Under the pieces are notes generated by a model. That model had not been told where the DNA came from. It did not search any database and saw only the letters and a program-made list of their open reading frames with translations. A program made the position numbers and the translations under genes. This document shows, piece after piece, positions 58,101-64,000 of a DNA stretch of 64,000 nucleotides. Location of the stretch: contig NMRA01000007.1 of assembly GCA_002633005.1 (NCBI GenBank), forward strand, positions 1,006,362 through 1,070,361. The letters run 5' to 3'. Source of the stretch: Phoronis australis (Eukaryota; Animalia; Phoronida). Every line of letters starts with the position of its first letter. Position 1 is the first letter of the stretch.

Positions 58101-61100
58101 CAGAAATGAAAAGATTCCATTTCACTTCTTGGTTATCTTCCTGTATTAATATACAAATGACGCAAGATTCACCTCCCTTTCCAGTATATATGGAGCTCCC
58201 TTCCGTTATAGTGTACGCAAATGATTTCTGGACTAGGGATATTGAGAAATTGAAACGAATCCCAAAATTTGTTGGCTTGCCGCTGCGTCCAATTAATCCC
58301 AGTGTTTGCAAGTGCAGGGCAAACATTATACATCCACATTGGTTGATGTAGTTTATTACATCACATGGTTTGGAATTTGAAGTGTAATCTCACAAGCATA
58401 TTTTGCCAAAAAAATTTTCACAGGGTTGAAAATAAACTTTAAACAAATAGTAGTATGTGTTGCTCAGTGTGCAGTCTACAGTGAAGGTCTACGAGCGAAA
58501 TTTAGAACGGCACAAGTATTTTACTCCTTTGCTGTAGCGCTAGATTCAGACCATGATGTCGCTGTATTCTCTATTGCGATATGTTTTGTCAATCTAATGA
58601 CACTTCCAGCTTTGTGGTGTATGCATGCATACGTGCGTACATGTAGACAGGGTGAATATTTATGTTTTTAAAAGCAAGCATATGAATTTCAGCGTTGAAA
58701 CCAAGGTTGTGTTCGGTAAGGCTAAGTTTCTAGCGAGTTTGCTGAGATCAAGCAAGTCTTCTGAAGTGATCACCATGCATTACAATTAAAGTACACAATC
58801 TCTACGAGCATCTTGATTTACATTACAGCCCCGTTTTGCTTTGTTTGTCTGAAGAAACGAAAGTTCTAAAGCAATTCGAGTCAAGTCTTCAAGTATTGTC
58901 CTGAGTGAGGCAGTATTTTGAACTGTCTTCGATTTCATCTGAATTTGAATAACAAAAATTTTTTTACTTTATATTTTACCTACAATATGGATGTCAAGTG
59001 AAATCCTATTTTATAAAATGTGTCCACAAAAATAAAGATCAAGAAAATTTTAGTTCATTACCAGTATGCAGTTAATGACCAAAAAAAGAACTGTCCGGGA
59101 ATTTATCGTTCCACAAATAGGCTTATGTGATAGAAATATTTTTTGCATTGTAAAATTTAACTGAAATAAACGTTTTTGCACAAAGTCAAAATAATGATAA
59201 AAAAGAGACAAAACAAGAGAAAACTAGAAATCAAGAAGAAATCAGAACCAAAAAAAGATGAAATCTTTTTAACAGAGGAAAATTCCAGGCCCTCAGCATG
59301 GTTTGTTATGTGTAGATGTCAAAATTAAATAACTTTTGGTAAATGTTCCATTATTTGCAGTAATCAGTATTTGGAAAATGGAAGAATGATAAGGGCTGTT
59401 CCAGTAAAATCTGTATGGGAGGGGGAGGAAGGCACCTTTTTTTCGCACCCACCACCCAAATTTTTCATTTATTTCTTTGAAATGCAACCACCCGTAATTT
59501 TTTTTTTGTTCTTGTGGTTGACTGCACATGTGCTTGAGTTTATCTGTTCCTCCATCACCACTAACGTCATTCATTACTAAGAAAACATATGTTTCTTATA
59601 TATGGTAATTAGCCGTCGAGAAATTCGAGCACCTGTGGTTAAATGGTGTTATGGGCATGCCGATGAGGAGATCGGAGGGAGTGAAAAAGTCGGAGCTTTT
59701 TGCAAGTTGCATTTTTGTTTCAGTTTTTGATTCTGTGCGGATTGTTTGTAAAATTTACTAAAATTACCCACCATCAAACATTTATGGCCCAATGACACAA
59801 CAACGACCTGTAAATTTTTTTTTTTTTTTGAAGTACGACCACCAGCCATTTTGAATTTAAATCAAACGCAACCACCCATAAATTTCTATTTCAGTTGCCT
59901 TCCCCCCCNTCACCTTGGGTGCAATTTCAATAAGTATTAAGAAATAAAACTACAGAAATGAAGATTCCATTTCACTTCTTGGTTATCTTCCTGTATTAAT
60001 ACACAAATGACACAAGATTCACCTCCCTTTCCAGTATATATCGAGCTCCCTTCCGTTATAGTGTACGCTAATGATTTCTGGATTAAGGATATTGAGAAAT
60101 TGAAACGAATCCCAAAATTTGTTGCAGCTGCGTCCAATTAATCCCAGTGTTTGCAAGTGCAGGGCAAACATTATACATCCACATTGGTTGATGTAGTTTA
60201 TTACATCACATGGTTTGGAATTTGAAGTGTAATCTCACAAGCATATTTCGCCAAAAAAAATTTCACAGGTTGAAAATAAACTTTAAACAAATAGTAGTAT
60301 GTGTTGCTCAGTGTGCAGTCTACAGTGAAGGTCTACGAGCGAAATTTAGAACAGCACAAGTATTTTACTCCTTTGCTGTAGCGCTAGATTCAGAAAATGA
60401 TGTCGCTGTATTCTCTATTGCGATATGTTTTGTCAATCTAATGACACTTCCAGCTTTGTGGTGTATGCATGCATACGTGCGTACATGTAGACAGGGTGAA
60501 TATTTGTTTTTAAAAGCAAGCAAAATATGAATTTCAGTGTTGAAACCAAGGTTGTGTTCGGTAAGGCTAAGTTTCTAGCGAGTTTGCTGAGATCAAGCAA
60601 GTCTTCTGAAGTGATCACCATGCATACAATTAAAGTACACAATCTCTACGAGCATTTTGATTTACATTACAGCTCCGTTTTGCTTTGTTTGTTTGAAGAA
60701 ACGAAAGTCTTCAAGTATTGTCCTGAGTGAGGCAGTATTTTGAACCGTCTTCGATTTCATCTGAATTTGAATAACAAAAATTTTTTACTTTATATTTAAC
60801 CTACAATATGGATGTCAAGTGAAATCCTATTTTATAAAATGTGTCCACAAAAATAAAGATCAAGAAAATTTTAGTTCATTACCAGTATGCAGTTAATGAC
60901 CAAAAAAAGAACTGTCCGGGAATTTATCGTTCCACAAATAGGCTTGTGTGATAGAAATATTTTTTGCATTGTAAAATTTAACTGAAATAAACGTTTTTGC
61001 ACAAAGTCAAAATAATGATAAAAAAAGAGACAAAACAAGAGAAAACTAGAAATCAAGAAGAAATCAGAACCAAAAAAAAGATGAAATCTTTTTAACAGAG

Positions 61101-61516
61101 GAAAATTCCAGGCCCTCAGCATGGTTTGTTATGTGTAGATGTCAAAATTAAATAACTTTTGGTAAATGTTCCATTATTTGCAGTAATCAGTATTTGGAAA
61201 ATGGAAGAATGATAATTTTGGCAGTTAATTTTGTGAGAAATAAGAGAATTACCATAATAATAAACTGTGCGTTTCCAAAAGAACACTTCGTTATTCCTGT
61301 CTTCCATACACCATTTCCAGAGGACCATCGGGCGTTCGCGCTCAGGCCTTGGACAGCGATGGAAATTTGGTGGATGACTTCGTCTTCGACTACGGCACTG
61401 GGCCGCTACGGAAGCGCATGTTACACGTGAGGAATGCTCCATCGCCAGCTTGCACCTCGTCATTGGCCATCGCCAGGACGATAGCAGACGAAGTGGAGAC
61501 TAAATTTGAGCTGTAG
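49005..61516 (+). CDS. L2HGDH: L-2-hydroxyglutarate dehydrogenase, mitochondrial, complete, 462 aa
   Basis: Exons 49005-49123, 51183-51313, 51935-52086, 52830-52961, 53753-53953, 55762-55929, 57214-57371, 57839-57970, 61321-61516 (1389 nt, GT-AG, in frame). Motifs [69 protein letters not shown] and [13 protein letters not shown]. Confidence 0.95.
50504..50573. mobile_element. Short GC-rich MITE-like element
   Basis: Perfect 10-bp TIR catgggcggc / gccgcccatg; same core as 27289-27431. Confidence 0.6.
51183..51313 (+). CDS. L2HGDH: L2HGDH exon 2 (Rossmann GxGxxG)
   Basis: [24 protein letters not shown]...LEKE. Confidence 0.93.
51935..52086 (+). CDS. L2HGDH: L2HGDH exon 3
   Basis: [17 protein letters not shown]...KKCGK; 152 nt. 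Confidence 0.93.
52830..52961 (+). CDS. L2HGDH: L2HGDH exon 4
   Basis: [13 protein letters not shown]...IREIEPNCV; 132 nt. Confidence 0.92.
52971..53055. repeat. Tandem duplication, 42 bp, 2 copies
   Basis: ttgtatcactcgtgcatcatcatagtcacagggatgttggat occurs twice, just after L2HGDH exon 4. Confidence 0.9.
53753..53953 (+). CDS. L2HGDH: L2HGDH exon 5
   Basis: [15 protein letters not shown]...YPVTIHGKK; 201 nt. Confidence 0.9.
54905..55409. mobile_element. Family-B MITE interrupted by a nested second MITE
   Basis: Outer ends gtttcatgaagctgactaaagacttgagacagaaatttg / agaccaaatttctgtcttaagtcacttttcatgaaac. Confidence 0.65.
54946..55194. mobile_element. Nested MITE with TIRs and 3-bp duplication (TTG)
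   Basis: gggcccgttccaagaaactgactta / taagtcagttttgttgaaacggaccgc, flanked by TTG on both sides. Confidence 0.65.
55762..55929 (+). CDS. L2HGDH: L2HGDH exon 6
   Basis: [19 protein letters not shown]...IVPFRGDY...GNIYP; 168 nt. Confidence 0.93.
57214..57371 (+). CDS. L2HGDH: L2HGDH exon 7
   Basis: [36 protein letters not shown]; 158 nt. Confidence 0.94.
57398..57447. repeat. (CA)n / (CACACG)n microsatellite
   Basis: Read directly from the sequence. Confidence 0.9.
57839..57970 (+). CDS. L2HGDH: L2HGDH exon 8
   Basis: [19 protein letters not shown]...ADIK; 132 nt. Confidence 0.92.
58058..59392 (+). repeat. 1.3-kb near-identical direct duplication, copy 1
   Basis: tcaccttgggtgcaatttcaata...ggaagaatgataa; differs from copy 2 by scattered SNPs and small indels. 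Confidence 0.95.
59393..59908. mobile_element. MITE-like insertion (PIF/Harbinger-like), cut off at the 'n'
   Basis: Begins TAA|gggctgttccag...gggggaggaaggca; the far end tgccttccccccc is its approximate reverse complement; absent at the same site in copy 2. Confidence 0.6.
59910..61215 (+). repeat. 1.3-kb near-identical direct duplication, copy 2
   Basis: Starts immediately after the single 'n' at 59909. Confidence 0.95.
61321..61516 (+). CDS. L2HGDH: L2HGDH exon 9 (stop)
   Basis: [23 protein letters not shown]...HVRNAPSP...KFEL*; 196 nt. Confidence 0.94.
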
Positions 61517-61764
61517 CTGCGTCGTGTTAAATTTACTTTTGGTGCTTTAGTGAAGCAATGCTTTTTGGCATGATGTTTTTGTGCAGAATGTCATTATGAA
61601 AGGGCTTGCCGCCGATTTATATTTTAATAATTTTAGAATTTTATTTGTCCTTTTTAATGACCAAAGGGTTTATAAGTATAGGAACAAAATAATGCATGCT
61701 ATTTGTAAGTCAATACAATATTTGTGTTGTCATTCCAGGTAACACAGTACAATGAGACTTGTGT

Positions 61765-61770
61765 AATAAA
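61765..61770 (+). promoter_or_regulatory. Candidate L2HGDH polyadenylation signal (AATAAA)
   Basis: About 250 nt after the stop codon and followed by a T-rich tract. Confidence 0.5.
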
Positions 61771-63257
61771 TAATGTCACTTATCATACAAGTTCTACTTT
61801 TTATTTTGTACAAATACAAAAGATACTTTACAGACAAAGCGAAAAACAAAAGTTCCAGACTCGGTCGTAAACCATGAGCAAAAAATGCCCCGTGACACAC
61901 AGAATCGCAATTGCTTTCATTGTGATGAATGACTTCAAAGGAAATTACCTCTACATATTGTAAATTCTCGCCTACCAGACTGGTAGTCCATACATACATA
62001 CACAGAATGGACAAATCCATTTTTATGACAAAACTGGCATTAAAGCTGTATTTTCTGTCAAAAAAATAAATTTTGATTTAGGCTTCTTACCATTCCAAAA
62101 CGTGTCGTGTCTAGTTCCTTACTCAATTTAGAAGTGATCTCTGGGATCCTGAACAACAGATGGCTATGTCTGCAGATCTAACATGTAACTTTCATATCAC
62201 AGTGTGAAATTTTGTGAGCTTGGTATAAAGAAATACCTGTCAAATACTCCAAACCCAGAAAACACGCTAACAAAGGAAAAGTTTGTGTCAGACCAATTTC
62301 ATAGCGGCGTGTGGCCTAAATTAAAACTCGTTTTTGACAGAAAGCACACTGCTTTGAAAGTTGTTTGTTGTTTTATTGGCGACTTGTTTCCATCTCCAAC
62401 CCTTACATATCCTGCATCCTAAATTCCACCAAAATTTCCCAGTCTCGTACACAAGTATTTACAGTAGCTATTGCTATGTACATCATATGTAATGTTGGTC
62501 CTTTTAGGTGACCACTCTATAACCACACAGGCGTCTGCTACCCCCACTTCTTCCAAGTCCTGGCTCTTTAAATCAGATCGGCAACTGAAAACGCAAAAAG
62601 ATTATAGTCAAGTACATCAAGTGCACGGTCGTAAGCACAATATTGCGAATGCAAAACAGTGTTTTTAAGAGAGCGAAACATTGCAACTGATCTCAAGCGA
62701 TTATTCAGAGATAACTACTACCTTCAGTAGCCACGAGAACAGAGAGCAAAATCCAAGTATCATCTGCCTTAACAAAAAAAAACAGACTGACTACCAGTGA
62801 CAAAATGGAAATTCATTAACCTAACCACGGATGGTGCAAGTGACAAATTTCTTAACAGGTGTTTGTAATTTGTAAATCCACTTTTACTTAATACAGTTAT
62901 GTGATAACTATGTGGTAATAAGTTGAAGAATAATTCAAGTAGCATGTGAGATACATCATGAAGATGGGTCCATACTGAAATTGAAGGAATTGTCCATTTA
63001 AGTTTCTACAGTAACTTAAATGCAAGTGATCATTTATGGAACTGGCAAGTAAGCATGAGTGAAAAAGTAATCAACCTTGACAAGGTTGGCAGTCCCTTCT
63101 AAAATGGAACTGCTTCAAGTCGAGCGCAGCTTGCCTCTAGATTCCTTCCGAAAAGAGAAACCAAAAGCCACCGTGGCAAAGAAAAACCCCCGAGATTAGT
63201 GTCATGGAGACAATAACACTGATTATTTTCATAATGAAGTAGTGTGTACACTACAAG

Positions 63258-63310
63258 CCAGCATTGTGACGGTCAATCCTGCCAGCATTGTGACGGTCAA
63301 TCCTGCTAGC
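63258..63310. repeat. Tandem duplication, 24 bp, 2 copies
   Basis: gccagcattgtgacggtcaatcct occurs twice. Confidence 0.85.
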
Positions 63311-64000
63311 AGTTTTTCCGGTCAATTCTGTGAGTCTTTTCAATACCAAAAGCGGACGTCATTCAACCCCAGTATAAGGCCGACGCATGCATAGAACTCG
63401 GTCAAATCACAAAAAATGATAACCAATTTTCAAAAATATATGCATGGGATCAATGTTTGTCCAAGAGATAAAGAATGTCCGCAGGAATATTCTAGAGCGG
63501 TTGGGAATTTTGCAAGCACGGCCACCCTAAATGATTAATTTACACTCCCTAGTAATTGGCCTATCCAAACAGGGCATCGTGAACATGGCGTTTTACTCAT
63601 TGGATTGAGCATTTCAATAGGGACGACAGTACTACAAGGTCCTCATGTAGCAGATTGAATCCGATGCAACTTTCGACAGAAATGGCGATTCTCACGTGCA
63701 GTAATGTGGGAACACCAGACCTAATTACAGTGGTCTTCTCCGTTTGCAACGCACAGCATATAATGAGAACATGTTTGTTTATGGTTAGATCTGAACTGTA
63801 GGATTAGTGAATAGCTTGCCCATCACGATGGGTGGCTACTATGATGGTCAATTCTGTTTACACCTAACCGTCACAGATGGGAACTCTTTTAGCCCTCAGT
63901 CGCCATGACGGGGAATACAGGTCATTTGACCAATTTATTTTCGCTTGTACTGTAGGAAGGAAAAGCCGCTTTAGGTGACACTGTATCGGTGCTTACCGTT

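Noticed and set aside
58075-60730. Paired, near-identical ORFs as duplicated small genes
   Set aside because: They only reflect the intronic duplication and differ by frameshifting indels.
61520-64000. SECIS element or structural RNA gene in UTR-like sequence
   Set aside because: No ATGA...AA...GA arrangement with a credible stem was seen; a covariance-model search would be needed to exclude it.

Overview
Intron-rich, AT-rich animal genomic DNA, most likely from an invertebrate bilaterian (the taxon cannot be fixed from sequence). I traced GT-AG exons by hand and reconstructed four conserved genes. (1) The 5' part of CCHCR1 (minus strand, 6 exons, runs off the left edge). (2) A complete VTI1B Qb-SNARE (plus, 7 exons, 235 aa). 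(3) A complete TRIM9/TRIM67-type E3 ligase (minus, 9 core exons, 680 aa, 22-kb first intron). (4) A complete mitochondrial L2HGDH (plus, 9 exons, 462 aa). Introns hold minisatellites, several MITE-like families and a 1.3-kb near-duplicate whose second copy begins right after an 'n', probably two haplotypes assembled in tandem. There is no CRISPR array, operon, transposase or structural RNA gene, and I cannot support a wholly new biological system. The best leads are: a frame-preserving 12/48-nt TRIM9 microexon with two donors; an AG|GTGAGT dual splice site 33 nt upstream of the TRIM9 start codon; about 300 bp of head-to-head spacing between TRIM9 and L2HGDH; an altered flavin-site motif in L2HGDH; a His/Pro/Thr luminal tail on VTI1B; and a MITE seen in both filled and empty states.
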